A program made the translations under genes and the position numbers. The notes under the pieces were generated by a model that worked only from the letters and a program-made list of their open reading frames with translations, did not search any database and was not told the DNA's origin. Positions 50,906 through 63,392 of a stretch of 64,000 bases of DNA are shown here, in pieces. Source of the DNA: Octopus sinensis (lineage: Eukaryota). The stretch spans positions 23,374,001-23,438,000 of the forward strand of contig NC_043007.1 of the NCBI RefSeq assembly GCF_006345805.1, given 5' to 3'. Position 1 is the stretch's first letter. Each line of letters starts with the position of its first letter.

Positions 50906-50969
<64 letters not shown>
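50861..50969. repeat. (GA)n microsatellite
   Basis: Direct inspection. Confidence 0.95.
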
Positions 50970-50970
<1 letters not shown>

Positions 50971-51912
50971 GCACACAAAATATTTGTTAAACAACTATTT
51001 TCCGAAATGATTTTGGTAATCTAATTTCAGAAATATTCTTTTAATAGTTTTACTTAACTGATGACGATGCTGATGATAATGATGACGATAATAGCAACAA
51101 CAACAACAACATAATAATAATAAGCCTTCCTTTGTTGGAAGACATAGAAAACATGATCTAACAAAACACTAAGAACGAAACAAGTGTAGAATATGGTCAG
51201 GTATTCTAAGGTATTTCCCGTCTACGCCTAATTATTTTAACTAACCTGCTATATAAACATAAATGTACAGAGAATTTCCTGTAGCCCAGTAAATGGAAAC
51301 TTGCTGTGTAGATTATTTCAGTTGCCACCCGTTTAGCTACATGCTGGATAAATAAATAGCTTCTGATGTTTTTAAACATTTTAATGCACATCTGCACGGT
51401 TGTTCCGTTATCTGAACATTGTAAGGAAGTTATACAACTTTCACGTTTTATTATGGTGGATGTCCATACAAGACATTTCCCTTATATAAGCAACCTATTT
51501 CGACAAAGCTATTGTTGATAATATCGCATATAGACAACAGTTCGTATCTCTTGAATTTTCTGTTTGTTTGATTTAGGTTCATCTGAACACTTCATTGTAA
51601 TGTCCTCAAGACTTCTCTACAGGACGAACTTCGATTAATTAATCGACTTTATTTAAGGTACAAATATATACATACATCTTTTGTCTTTTAATTGTTCTGC
51701 AGTCATACAGAGGCACCAGCTTGAGGTGTTCAGTCGGATAGATCCTTCCCAGTACTTATATTTTCCATTCTGGTATTTATTCTAGCGTTCTTTTTGCCGA
51801 AGAGCTAAGCAACGCGGACGAAAACAAACCAATACCGGTAGTCAAGTGATGTTGTGGGGACTAACACAAATAGCATATACGCACATGTTCATACACTCAT
51901 GTGTGTGTGTGT

Positions 51913-51945
<33 letters not shown>

Positions 51946-51964
51946 TGTGTGTGTGTGTATTCGT

Positions 51965-52121
51965 TTATTCTTTTATTCTTTTACTTGTTTCAGTCATTTG
52001 ACTGCGGCCATGCTGGAGCACCGCCTTTAGGCGAACAATTCGACCCCACGACTTATTCTTTGTAAGCTTAGTACACAGACACACAAATACACACACACAC
52101 ACATATATATTTATATATATA

Positions 52122-52177
<56 letters not shown>

Positions 52178-52332
52178 ACGGGCTTCTTTCAGTTTCCGTC
52201 TACCAAATCCACTCACAAGGCTTTGCTCGGTCCGAGGCTATAGTAGAAGACACTTGCCCAAGGTGCCACGCAGTGGGACTGAACCCGGAACCATGTGGTT
52301 CGTAAGTAAGCTACTTACCACACAGCCACTCC
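51965..52332 (-). mobile_element. SINE family A, near consensus with internal deletion
   Basis: High identity to 9372-9811 by eye. Confidence 0.88.
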
Positions 52333-52634
52333 GAGTTCAAATCCCATCGTGATCAACATTAACTCTCACCTTTCAGAGATCGTTAAAATAAAGCCCAATC
52401 AAATACGAGACTCGATTTAATCGTCTTTTCTCAGTCCCACTAAAATTTATGGCCATGTTGCGCAAGTCAGAAATCGATATTCTTTTCATTGCAATAGTTT
52501 GTTCATAGTTTTACGTGAACAGGCATTCTATGAATTTAATGATATTTCCATACATTTGCGAGTCGATTCCCATAATCGATATCAGTCAGTATGAACTTCA
52601 CCTACTCGGTTTATGATATTATCCAAAGAAAGAA

Positions 52635-52845
52635 AGCAGCGAACTGGCAGAATCGTTAGCATGCCGGGCAAAATGCTTATCGGCATTTCGTCCGTCTTTA
52701 CGTTCTGAGTTCAAATAGGTTGACTTTGCCTTTCATCCTTTCAGGACCGATAAAATAAGTACCAGTTGAGCACTGGAGTCGATATTGTAATCGACTTTCA
52801 CCCTACCACAAAATTGCTTGCTTTGTGCCAAAATTTGAAACCAAT
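52635..52845 (+). mobile_element. SINE family B (tail type 2)
   Basis: gcagcgaactggcagaatcgttagc...tgtgccaaaatttgaaacca. Confidence 0.8.
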
Positions 52846-52899
52846 ATGATCAATAGAAAGAGATTTAGCGTTGTGCCTTGTGAAAGGACGGATTAATAC

Positions 52900-54185
52900 A
52901 TTATTTACATTAAAACTTAGATATGTTTCAACCAAAGATTGGTCCAGGCTATGTCTAACTTAATAGCACTACCTGATAGGATTATCTAAATCCTTTTTAA
53001 GTCAAGTTTTGTTTATGGTCCATTCAAGGAATGAGTTCTTGTTGAGTGAGTTGTATCCAGGTATGGATGGCTTGTCTGGTATTCCTTGAAGAAATCTGTC
53101 CAGACACCGTTTAAAGGTGATGGGATCCTTTTCTTCTTTGATCAGTTTTGGGACAATGTTAAACAGGACAGGGCCTGTTGAGGAAAAGAAATTGTGACGC
53201 AGTGTACCTATATGTTGTGATCCTGGATTATAAAGGGGATGTATGGCCTGTTGGTCCCAGCCTTGGATGAACCTTGAAACCAATGTTCAGGTCGTTTGGG
53301 CAATGCTGGCGGTATATTCTCCACATCGTACAAATGATGTACCGCTCGCGGCGGCGCTGGAGAGAGTAGAGCTTCAAGGCTTTAAGGTGGTCCCAGTAAT
53401 CGAGATCAGTCATGCCTTCAATTCGTTTAGTGAGTGCTCTCTGGAGTGATTCAATTTTCGAGATGTTCTGTTTTGTATGGGGAGACCACAAAGGGCAGCA
53501 ATATTCGAGGTGTGGCTGTACAAAGGAGGAGAAAAGTGGAATGATGACACCTTGTTCTCCGGACCGGAAGGTTCTTAAGATCCAGAAGCTCATCCTACGA
53601 ACTATATCGACCTTATTGTTAATGTGGGCACTCCAACTGAGATTGTTATCAACAATTACATCTAGGTCTCTGATATTATTAGATGATGTGAGCGGTTCCC
53701 CTGAAGGAATAGAGTATGGCTGTTTTAGTAAAGACTTTCTTCCAAAATGCATCATCTCAAATTTTCCCTCGTTTAGTTGCATTTTGTTTTTATCTGCCCA
53801 TTAACTCACAGCATATAGATCAGACTAGAGTTGAGTTCGGTCTTCTTCCTCATTGATGATTTTCTGGAGCTTAGTGTCATCAGTAAATATTTTCACTTTG
53901 CAATGATTTACGACGCTGGAAAAGTCGTTTATGTCAATTATAAAGAGGATCGGACCCAAGACAGTCCCCTGAGGGACACCACTGGTGAATTTTGCTGAGC
54001 TTGAGTGGACTCCATCAACTACATATTGTGTTCTATTCGCCAGGAAATACTTAATCCAGTGTAGAAGTTTTCCATGGATTCCAACATTTGCCAATTTTGA
54101 GAGTAAGATATTATGGTCAACCCTGTCGAACGCTTTACTGAAGGCAAGATATATGACATCAGAGTTCAAACCCAATATCAATGAG
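52900..54185 (-). mobile_element. CR1-clade LINE, RT domain to 3' end, pseudogenised
   Basis: DVIYLAFSKAFDRVDH, SGVPQGTVLGPILF, IFTDDTKL, PHLEYCCPLWSP, LYSLQRRRER motifs across three broken frames. Confidence 0.92.
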
Positions 54186-54220
54186 GATGTTGTTTGCTGC
54201 TGGCTAGCGGGTCGTTGAAG

Positions 54221-54508
54221 TTATCCCTGACCTGTTGGAGTTGGGTCAGCTGGTGCACTATATCCATTGACAAGTATGGCTTCTAGTGTTGCCATGTGCG
54301 TGTGTAAAGTATGAAATGATCTTGTGGTTTCTTTTATTTTGTTTTCGATCTGTTTTACAGATCTGTGAAAGGTTCGTGACGCTAATTTTTCAGCGATTTT
54401 ACCGTAGACATTAGCTTTTACACAATCGTTATGGTGAGTGTACCAAGCGTTTATCAGTGCACTGATTTCGTTTTCTACCCAGTGGCGTTTTAGAATATTA
54501 TTGGCCAT
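54221..54508 (-). CDS. Myb/SANT-like (trihelix) domain ORF, probably transposon-derived
   Basis: MANNILKRHWVENEISALINAW...KANVYGKIAEKLASRTFHRSVKQIENKIKE matches the W-x-x-x-E..LI..W...IA..L....R...Q...K pattern. Confidence 0.65.
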   Translation of the reverse strand: MANNILKRHWVENEISALINAWYTHHNDCVKANVYGKIAEKLASRTFHRSVKQIENKIKETTRSFHTLHTHMATLEAILVNGYSAPADPTPTGQG

Positions 54509-54970
54509 ATTATACAATGTACGTCAGTTATTGATGACTTGATGTATAATAGTGAATGCACTGCTGGAAATTTTGTGTCGATATATTCGGAAATGTGTGG
54601 CTATATCTGGATGTGTGTGAAAGAGTTCAGCGTATTTAGTACAAATCAGAATGAGTGGTGTGTTTAATACAAATCAAGAGAAAAGAATTGTACTCACGGG
54701 ACTAATTTTAGAACTAATCTTGGGTTTAGTTTTGGTTTATATTTATTTCTCCGAGTTGTATATATATTTGTGTAAATTTATCCTCCGATGATAGTAAAAT
54801 AGTAGAATAATAGAATTCAAGAGAAGGAAGTTACTGCTGGTTTGAGTTGAATTCTGTTTCTTTGGTTATTGACTGGCCGGAGCTATGAAAAGTACGTCTT
54901 GTCACGACATATATAGATAGCTGTCATTATTTACCCTTGACGGATATTTGTCCTTATCTTGTTTGTTGTT

Positions 54971-55016
54971 AACACAACGTTTCGGCTGATATGCCCTCCA
55001 GCCTTCATCAGGTGTT
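54971..55016 (-). ncRNA. Type I minimal hammerhead ribozyme (Penelope-type), structurally complete
   Basis: AACAC-CUGAUGA-A-GGCUG(gagggcauau)CAGCC-GAAA-C-GUU^GUGUU: 5-bp stems I and II; palindromic AACGUU stem III. Confidence 0.8.
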
Positions 55017-55020
55017 TTGG

Positions 55021-55061
55021 CTGCTGAAGGCTGGAGGGTATAGCAGCCGAAACGTTGTGTT
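55021..55061 (+). ncRNA. Mirror hammerhead copy, probably inactive
   Basis: CUGCUGA (A6C)-A-GGCUG..CAGCC-GAAA-CGUU; 5' strand of stem I missing. Confidence 0.55.
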
Positions 55062-55287
55062 AACAACAAACAAGATAAGGACAAATATCCGTCAAATGTA
55101 AATACTGTACATAATTCCTCATCACTTAAATATAGAACAGGATGGATTAATGTTTATTACTTGAGAGAAAAATTAACTAACTCAATTTATCTGAGATGGA
55201 ACATGTATATTTCAAAGTGGGCAACGGGTTAATATTATATATATATATACATATATGTGTGTATGTGTGCATACACACACACACACA

Positions 55288-55325
<38 letters not shown>

Positions 55326-55394
55326 ACACACACACACACACACACACCACAAACACACATACACACGCACATATATATATATATATGTACATAT

Positions 55395-55548
55395 ACGACG
55401 AGCTCGTTTCAGCTTCCAAATCCACTAACAAGGCTTTGGTCGGCGCGAGGCTATAGTAGAAGACACTTACCCAAGGTGCCACGCAGTGGACTGAACCCGG
55501 ACCCATGTGGTTTGTAAGCAAGCTACTTACCACACAGCCACTCCTACG

Positions 55549-55632
<84 letters not shown>

Positions 55633-55755
55633 GACAGGCTCCGCACAGTTTCTGTCATCTAACAAATTTACTTACAAGACTGTAATAGAATTACTTGGCT
55701 GTAATAGAAGACACTTGACCAGGGTTCCACGCAGTGGTACTGAACCCGAAAACAC
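55395..55755 (-). mobile_element. Two SINE family A 5' halves separated by (TA)n
   Basis: 55395-55550 and 55630-55755 match the family A head/core. Confidence 0.75.
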
Positions 55756-56960
55756 ATTGTATGGTCCATACCGATTCACTGCATTGCATGTCAATCGAAT
55801 ATATAATTAGTTTGGTTGTGTCGGGGTCCGACCTGCGCGACCCTTTCATTCCACACTGTTCACCATCACCTGTTATAAATCTCGGATATAATAACATATG
55901 AAATAGTAATAAATTGCTGCTGTTAACCCTTTCTCCAGAGCTTCCTGGCCTTCTGCCTAAGTAGAAAATCAATAGTTATATACCTTAACTGTTACTCTTT
56001 CTCTCTCTCCCTCTTTCTCTCTCTTTCTCTCTCTCTCTCTCTCTCGCTTAAGGCAATGTTGAGTGCTCCGGTCGATGTAATCGAACTTAGCCACTCCCCG
56101 AGATTACACCCAACCGTGTCAGAAAATTAAAAATGCACTGTCTCGGTGAATGAACCCAACACTCGCGGAACTGTTTACACTTTGTGCTTCGCTGGTCCTG
56201 ATTTTGCTTTTCTATTTGTTAATTTATTATTATCATATTATCATCTTCTTCTTTTCCATTTCTTGCCGGGTGTCTTCCTGACACCTAGGGCAGAGAAACA
56301 CACCGTATACACTGGTAGGCCATTAAAAAAACACACACACACACCAGATTGTTCATTTACAAAATCATGTGATTTTTTTTTGTTTGGATTGATGATTATA
56401 ATGATGTTCAATGCGGCTTGACATTATTCTTCCCATATTTGCTGCCTACGTTAATGTTGTTGCTTCAGCTAAAATTATAATACATTCCATTGGTTACCAC
56501 TTGGAAATGGTATATTTTCTTTTTGAATTAGAAGCAACGTTTAATTTAAGAGCATTGAACTTAACCTATCATTCCACCCACTTCTCTCTCGTGACGCCTC
56601 CAACGCTTTTGTTTATAATTAATCCCTGTGACAACCATTATAATTTGACGGCGCCATGTAATATCGGGCGCCATTTTTTTTAGAGAAAACAAAACCAGAT
56701 GAATGGCTAACTCTCGTTGTAAGTAAGATTAAAATTGTTAAAAATTCAAGAGTTGTTTGTCACATCCGAATGATACATGGTCTTATAATGAGAGATTGCC
56801 GGCGTTGAAAATAAGCAAATTGGAAAGGAAAAAATAATCTGTGTAGGATAAAACAAGTTCAGAGTGTCTGTATATAAATAAAACAAATTGTGATTTTCTA
56901 TATATTCATACGTGTTTATCTATGTATGTATGTATTATATAATATATATATATATATAAT

Positions 56961-56994
<34 letters not shown>

Positions 56995-57406
56995 CGCATG
57001 TGTGTTATTTTTAAATACGAATGCAATGCCTATATGTGCGTATGCATATCTATGTGTTGTATGTTTATATATAATATATATATATATATCTATTCTACAC
57101 ACACACATATTTGTGTGTATTCATAATATACTTTCATATACGATATATGAATATTTGTATGTACGTATGTATAAATACTCACACATATATATACATGCAT
57201 ACATACGTATGTATGTATGTATGTATTATGTGTGTGTGTGTGTTTAATCACGTGCGCGTAAATACCTGTGTGCATTTATATTGGCATGTATAACGTATAT
57301 ACAGATCTATATACGTACATAGTCATGTATTTATATAAATTGATACATGTATAATATACCAAAACAAACACGGGCATATATATACGTCATGCACACGCGT
57401 ATGCAC

Positions 57407-57437
<31 letters not shown>

Positions 57438-58176
57438 TGTATGTATGTATGTATGTATGTATGTATGTGTGTATGTATCTATGTATGTGTGTGTGTATGT
57501 ATGTATGTGTGTATGTATGTATGTATGTATTTATGTAAGTATGTATGTATGTATGTATGTATGTGTGTGTGTATGTATGTATGTATGTAAGTATGTATGT
57601 GTGTGTATGTATGTATGTATGCATGTATGTATGTATGTATGTATGTAAGTATGTTTGTATGTATGCATGTATGTATGTAAGTATATGTATGTATGTATGT
57701 ATGTATGTGTGTATGTATGTATGTATGTATGTAAGTATGTATGTGTGTGTGTATGTATGTATGTATGCATGTATGTATGTATGTATGTAAGTAAGTATGT
57801 ATGTGTGTGTGTATCTATGTATGTATGTATGCATGTATGTATGTATGTATGTATGTATGCATGTATGTATGTATGTATGTAAGTATGTATGTATGTATGT
57901 AAGTATGTATGTGTGTGTATGTATGTATGTATGTATGTATGTATCTAAGTATGTATGTGTGTGTATGTATGTATATGTGTGTATGTATGTATGTATGTAA
58001 GTATGTATGTATGTATGTATGTGTGTGTATGTATGTATGTATGTATGTATGTGTGTGTATGTATGTATGTATGTATGTATGTATGTATGTATGTATGTAT
58101 GTATGTATGTATGTATGTATGTATGTATGTATGTATGTATGTATGTATGTATGTATGTATGTATGTATGTATGTAT
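57407..58176. repeat. (TATG)n array, ~770 bp
   Basis: Direct inspection. Confidence 0.95.
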
Positions 58177-58587
58177 AGCCGACCGAAAACTTATTAAAGA
58201 CGTAAAAATACAACCGGATTTATTTAGACGTAGTCTGTGTTACCTCTGACTTGCCACGAATTCGTCTTAATTCTATAATATCTCTATTGTAACAGGGTGC
58301 AATATCTATAACTTTGCTTGTCAATGTTCGCGAAAATAGAGTGGTGCCAAAGGTTTGAGGACGGGGATGTTTGGAAAGAGAGTATGATGCTTTCTGTGGT
58401 AGCCGTACGATGGTGGAGCTCATTATCACCGTGGCTGATAGCTATGGCAATTGTGATGGCGAACATTTTGGTTTCCACCGCGGCGAAGTAGATGGGATTC
58501 AACGCCATTGTGCTTAAGTTGATATATATGTATATACATATGTGTGCGTGTATGTGCGAGTGTGTATATGTGTGTATGTATATTTAT

Positions 58588-58976
58588 GAGTGGCTGTGTG
58601 GTAAGTAGCTTGTTTACCAACCACATGGTTCCGGGTTCAGTCCCACTGCGTGGCACCTTGGGCAAGTGTCTTCTACTATAGCCTCCTGCCGACCAAAGCC
58701 TTGTGAGTGGATTTGGTAGACGGAAACTGAAAGAAGCCCGTCGTATATGTGTATATATATGCGTGTGTGTGTGTTTGTGTGTCTGTGTTTGTCACCCTAG
58801 CATTGCTTGACAAGCGATGCTGGTGTGTTTATGTCCCCGTTACTTAGCGGTTCAGCAAAAGAGACCGATAGAATAAGTATTGGGGTTACAAAATAATAAG
58901 TCCCGGGTCGAGTTGCTCGATTAAAGGCGGTACTCCAGCATGGCCGCAGTCAAATGACTGAAACAAGTAAAAGAGT
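58588..58976 (+). mobile_element. SINE family A, near consensus
   Basis: High identity to 9372-9811 by eye. Confidence 0.9.
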
Positions 58977-59079
58977 ATATATAAAATCAAAATAATGGTG
59001 GTGGTGGTGGTGTGGTGGTGGTAGCAATGATGATGATGATGAGAAGGTTGAGGAGAGTGAGAGATGATGCCAGCTTAAT

Positions 59080-59885
59080 ATTGGTTTCAAATTTTGGTAC
59101 AAGGCCAGCAATTTCGGGGAAGTGGGTAAGTCGATTGCATCGACCCCATTGCTTAAGTAATACTTATTTTATCGGCCTCGAAAGGATGAACGATTAAGTT
59201 AACCTCAGTGAGATTTGAACTCAGAACACGAAGACGAAGACGGATGAAATGCTGCTAAGTGCTTTGACCATCATGCTGACATGTCTGCCAGCTCACTGCC
59301 TTATGTCAGCTTAACACCAAGCGTCGGTAGTAAGGCGGTGAGCTGGATGTAATCGGTTTAACCTTTCCCCGGAAATTGCCGGCCTTGAGCGAAACTTTTA
59401 AACCAATGTTAAGAATCAGTTGTGGCAGCGAAACAAGTAGTGGTACAATATAATAACGGATTCAAATTTTTGCACAAGGCCTGTAATTTCGGGGTGGGGG
59501 TAAGTCGATTACATCATGGAACCAAGTACTCAACTGGTATTTAATTTATCGACCCCGTAATGTCGACTTCGGCGAAATTTGAACTCAGAACGTAGCGACG
59601 GGCGAAATACCGCTAAGTATTGCGTCCAGCATGCTAACGATTCTGCCAGCTTGCCGCCTTACTAAGTAATATAATGATTATTTCTACTAAAGGTACAAAG
59701 CCTTGGAATTTTGAGGGAGAGGACTAACCGATTAAATCGACTCCAGTACTTGACTAGTACTTACCTTATTGATCCTGAAAAGCATAGTCGACCTCGACGG
59801 AATTTGAACTCGGAACGTAAAGTCGAGCGAAAATACCGTAAAGCATTTTGTCCGGCTTGCTAACAATTCTGCCAGCTCCCGCTTA
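59080..59885 (-). mobile_element. Three separate SINE family B copies in tandem orientation (59080-59302, 59460-59660, 59685-59885)
   Basis: Each ends in tctgccagct..c.gc (head on minus strand) and carries gaatttgaactc. Confidence 0.8.
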
Positions 59886-60160
59886 ATTAGATAATATAAG
59901 AACACTCGTGGTAGAGTGTTGGATGATCTCGATTTTGGTGGTGGTGGTGGTCGTCGTCGTCGTCGTGGCCGTCATGGTCGTCGTCTTCGTGGTAGTAATG
60001 ATGATGATGATGACAAGGAGGAGGAGGAAGAGGAGGAGAGTGAGAGATGATGCTGGCAATAACGCTAGGTGTTGACATAGGTCAAGACAATTACGTTTCA
60101 GAGATGCCTAGGTGGGTTGCACTAACTGATCTCATTACATTTCCATCCACGAGCAATATA

Positions 60161-60214
<54 letters not shown>

Positions 60215-60794
60215 CTTATGTAAGTGGATGTAACTTGAATGTGTTGTGTCTGAACGCCTGTGTGTGTACTTATCTTGGCATATGTTTGGGCGTGTGTGTG
60301 TGTGTGTTGTGTGCGTGTGTGTGTGTGTGCATGCAGTTATGTTTATCGGCGTATATGTGTTTGGTCTGGCCAATTGTACATGTTGTCTCAGAAGTATGTT
60401 GCAGATATTCCGTACATATTTTCGAGCGTGAGTGTATATGAGCGAAGATAAACGCTAATATGCATGTGTGCGTGTGCGTGTGTATGTGTGTGGTTGCACG
60501 CCCCTGTGAATGTATGTAATGTATGTATATGTATGTATATGTATGTATGTTAATACGTTTATTTAGTCATGTATGTTGTTTGTACTTTAAAGGTACTATA
60601 TATATATTATATTAAGATAAGAGGGTAACACTGTTTGTAGGAGAGGTTACAGAGGTAAAGGACGAGGGTTAAATAAAATAAATTAAAATATAAAACAAGA
60701 TAAAATACAACAAAAAGAAGTAGAGTGCAAGAAGTTATGAGGTGGTTCAATTTTCTGTAATAGATTTATGAATGTAAAAGTGTTAAAGGTTCGT

Positions 60795-61175
60795 GTAGCT
60801 TGCTTACCAACCACATTGTTATGGGTTCAGTCCCACTGCGTGGCACTTTGGGCAAGTGTCTTCTACTATAGCCTCGGACCGACCAAAGCCTTGTGAGTGG
60901 ATTTGGTAGATGGAAACTGAAAGAAGCTCGTCGTATATGTGTATATATATATATATGCGTGTGTGTGTGTGTGTGTGTCTGTGTTTGTCCCCCTAACATC
61001 GCTTGACATCCGATGCTGGTGTGTTTACGTCCCCATAACTTAGCGGTTCGGCAGAAGAGACCGATAGAATAAGTACTAGGCTTACAAAGAATAAATCCTG
61101 GGGTCGATTTGCTCGACTAAAGGCGGTGCTCCAGCATGGCCGCAGTCAAATGACTGAAACAAGTAAAAGAGTAAA
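60795..61175 (+). mobile_element. SINE family A, near consensus, head clipped
   Basis: High identity to 9372-9811 by eye. Confidence 0.9.
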
Positions 61176-61280
61176 AAAAAGTAATATATAAAAGGTTTAT
61201 AGATATAGAAGTAGGCATAACAGTACATCGGCAGACAGACAGACAGATGGAAAGACATGCAGACAGACAGACAGACAGAC

Positions 61281-61349
<69 letters not shown>

Positions 61350-61500
61350 TGCTTCTTTATTTGCCCCACACAGGGCTGCACACAGACGGGACAGATTACA
61401 AAGTAGAGCTTTTCTTTGGGGGGAGAGAAGAAGAAGAAAAAAGGAGAGGTGGGTTAAGTTTTCGATCAAAAGGGATCGTAAAAGGGAAAGAAAAAAAATA
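61350..61500 (-). mobile_element. Retroposon 3' end inserted in (GATA)n
   Basis: Unique ~150 bp between two (GATA)n tracts; minus strand ends tgtcccgtctgtgtgcagccctgtgtggggcaaataaagaag. Confidence 0.6.
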
Positions 61501-61509
61501 GATTGATAA

Positions 61510-61594
<85 letters not shown>

Positions 61595-61923
61595 GTTTAC
61601 GCTACATGTGGCGTGTGACCTGAAGAAAGACTTGTACCCTACAACATTTTATTGTATTTTATCTTATTTTATTCCACCCTTCTCCTTTACCTTCAAAACC
61701 ACTCGTACTAATGGCGTTACCTTCTTATCTTACTCTGCTCTAACCATGTTGCCAGAGATACACCAACACACACACACTATATATATTTCTTTGTGATGTC
61801 CTCGTTGGTCACAGCCGGCTCAATGCATCCAAGGACAATTGTTGATACGTGTTTCTGCCTCAATAGGCATCATCAACATAAGTATCCTAACCTATCTGCA
61901 GCAGCCGTGGGACATAGGCACGT

Positions 61924-62133
61924 ATGTGACCGCGTGTGTATCGTTGACGATTTTCTTTCTTCGTCTTCCCTTCTTTGAGACTTTCACTTTTTTCTATATT
62001 TCTGATGAAGAGCTCCGCTCGAAACGTTAAATCCTCCTTCTTTCTTTCCTTTCTTTAGCGTCCAATAACACTGTACTTATTCCACGTCCTCGCGTTGCTG
62101 TGTTTTCTCTTTGTTCATGTTTGGATTAACTAT
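61924..62133 (+). mobile_element. Penelope-like terminal repeat module (homologous to 19224-19428)
   Basis: Colinear match including hammerhead motif and ggattaactata end. Confidence 0.7.
61998..62032 (+). ncRNA. Minimal hammerhead motif
   Basis: AUUU-CUGAUGA-A-GAGC(ucc)GCUC-GAAA-C-GUU^AAAU; core intact, 4-bp A-U stem I. Confidence 0.68.
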
Positions 62134-62317
62134 AAAAAGAGTAGATTTTAAAGCATTTCATTTCTAAAATTCCCTATTTCACTAATAACAAAAAAAAAAC
62201 TACAAATTAGTTACAACATGTAAAGCTGTTTTGGTGGAGTAGGTGTGAATCGTAGATGTTTGTTCGTTATCCTTTTCTAAGTTTTACTATACGCAGTTTC
62301 GTGTAAAATACGCCTCA

Positions 62318-62569
62318 CAGGGTTGGCCAAAAGTCTCCCGACAGTAAATCAAAATTCCATAAATACTTAATATTCAATTTTATTTATTCATTTCAATTAT
62401 GAATGTTCACTAATTGAATACTGTTAGTTCAAATCACCGTTTTTTGTATTTTTTTTTATTTTTTCATCATTTGTCTATTTATTAGCGAAGTTTCATATAA
62501 AATAGTTTTTTTGCTTTAATCTTGGAAAAGAGCTTTGATTTACTGCCAGGAAACTTTTGGTCAACCGTG
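62318..62569. mobile_element. Tc1-like MITE
   Basis: ~36-bp imperfect TIRs cagggttggccaaaagtctcccgacagtaaatcaaa / tttgatttactgccaggaaacttttggtcaaccgtg followed by TA. Confidence 0.8.
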
Positions 62570-62588
62570 TATGTGTATATATTTGTGT

Positions 62589-62632
<44 letters not shown>

Positions 62633-63123
62633 TTATATATGTATACCTTTTTTGTAACTATAAAGAATATTCTTTTTAAATAACTGGTGTAATTTGTATA
62701 AGTTATTTATAAACCCCGGGAAACGCTAGAGACTTGCTGCTAGCAATATGTACTGGTTATATTAAGATATGCACTTCTAGTTAGCTTTTGAAATGCCTCA
62801 CTGCATTAGATATGTTAGCGTTTAACCGACATATTGTTTTTCATGCGGATAGCGTCTGTAAATTATTTATTCTCTAAACAATCGCGTTTTCTTACGCCAA
62901 TAAATGTATGTTTGCTTTATGATTCATTCAACACTACTTCGGCAAATGCTGGAGGAGCGGGGAAGGAAGTAATGCCTCGCTAATTAAGATAATAATTAAT
63001 AAAAGTAATTATCAATCATTGATTTAAATTAGCTTTTATTTGTTTTTGTTTTTATCATCACGTATCTATTTCTAGTTCTTTAGCTCTTAAATGTTAGCAA
63101 CAGATTTAAAATAAGACATTCAG

Positions 63124-63392
63124 AGGCATGGTTGTGTAGTTAAGAAGCTCACTTTGCAAACTTGTTGTTTCGGGTTCAGTCCCACTGCGCGGTACCTTGA
63201 ACAAACGTCTTCTACTGTAGCCCCAGGTTGACCAATGCTTTGTGAGAGGATTTGGTAGACGGAAACTGTATGGAAGCCTGTCGTATATATATGTGTGTGT
63301 GTGTTTGTCTATTACTTTACAACCGGTGTTGCTTTGTTCACGTCACAATATGTTAAATTCACGGTTCAGCAAATGTGTCCGATAGAATAATT
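63124..63392 (+). mobile_element. SINE family A, 3'-truncated
   Basis: gggttcagtcccactgcgcggtaccttgaacaaacgtc...gtagacggaaactg. Confidence 0.8.

Larger units (their letters stand above)
54937..55095. repeat. Near-perfect palindrome (75-bp arms, 9-bp spacer) of two head-to-head hammerhead modules
   Basis: 54937-55011 is the reverse complement of 55021-55095 with few mismatches. Confidence 0.92.
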
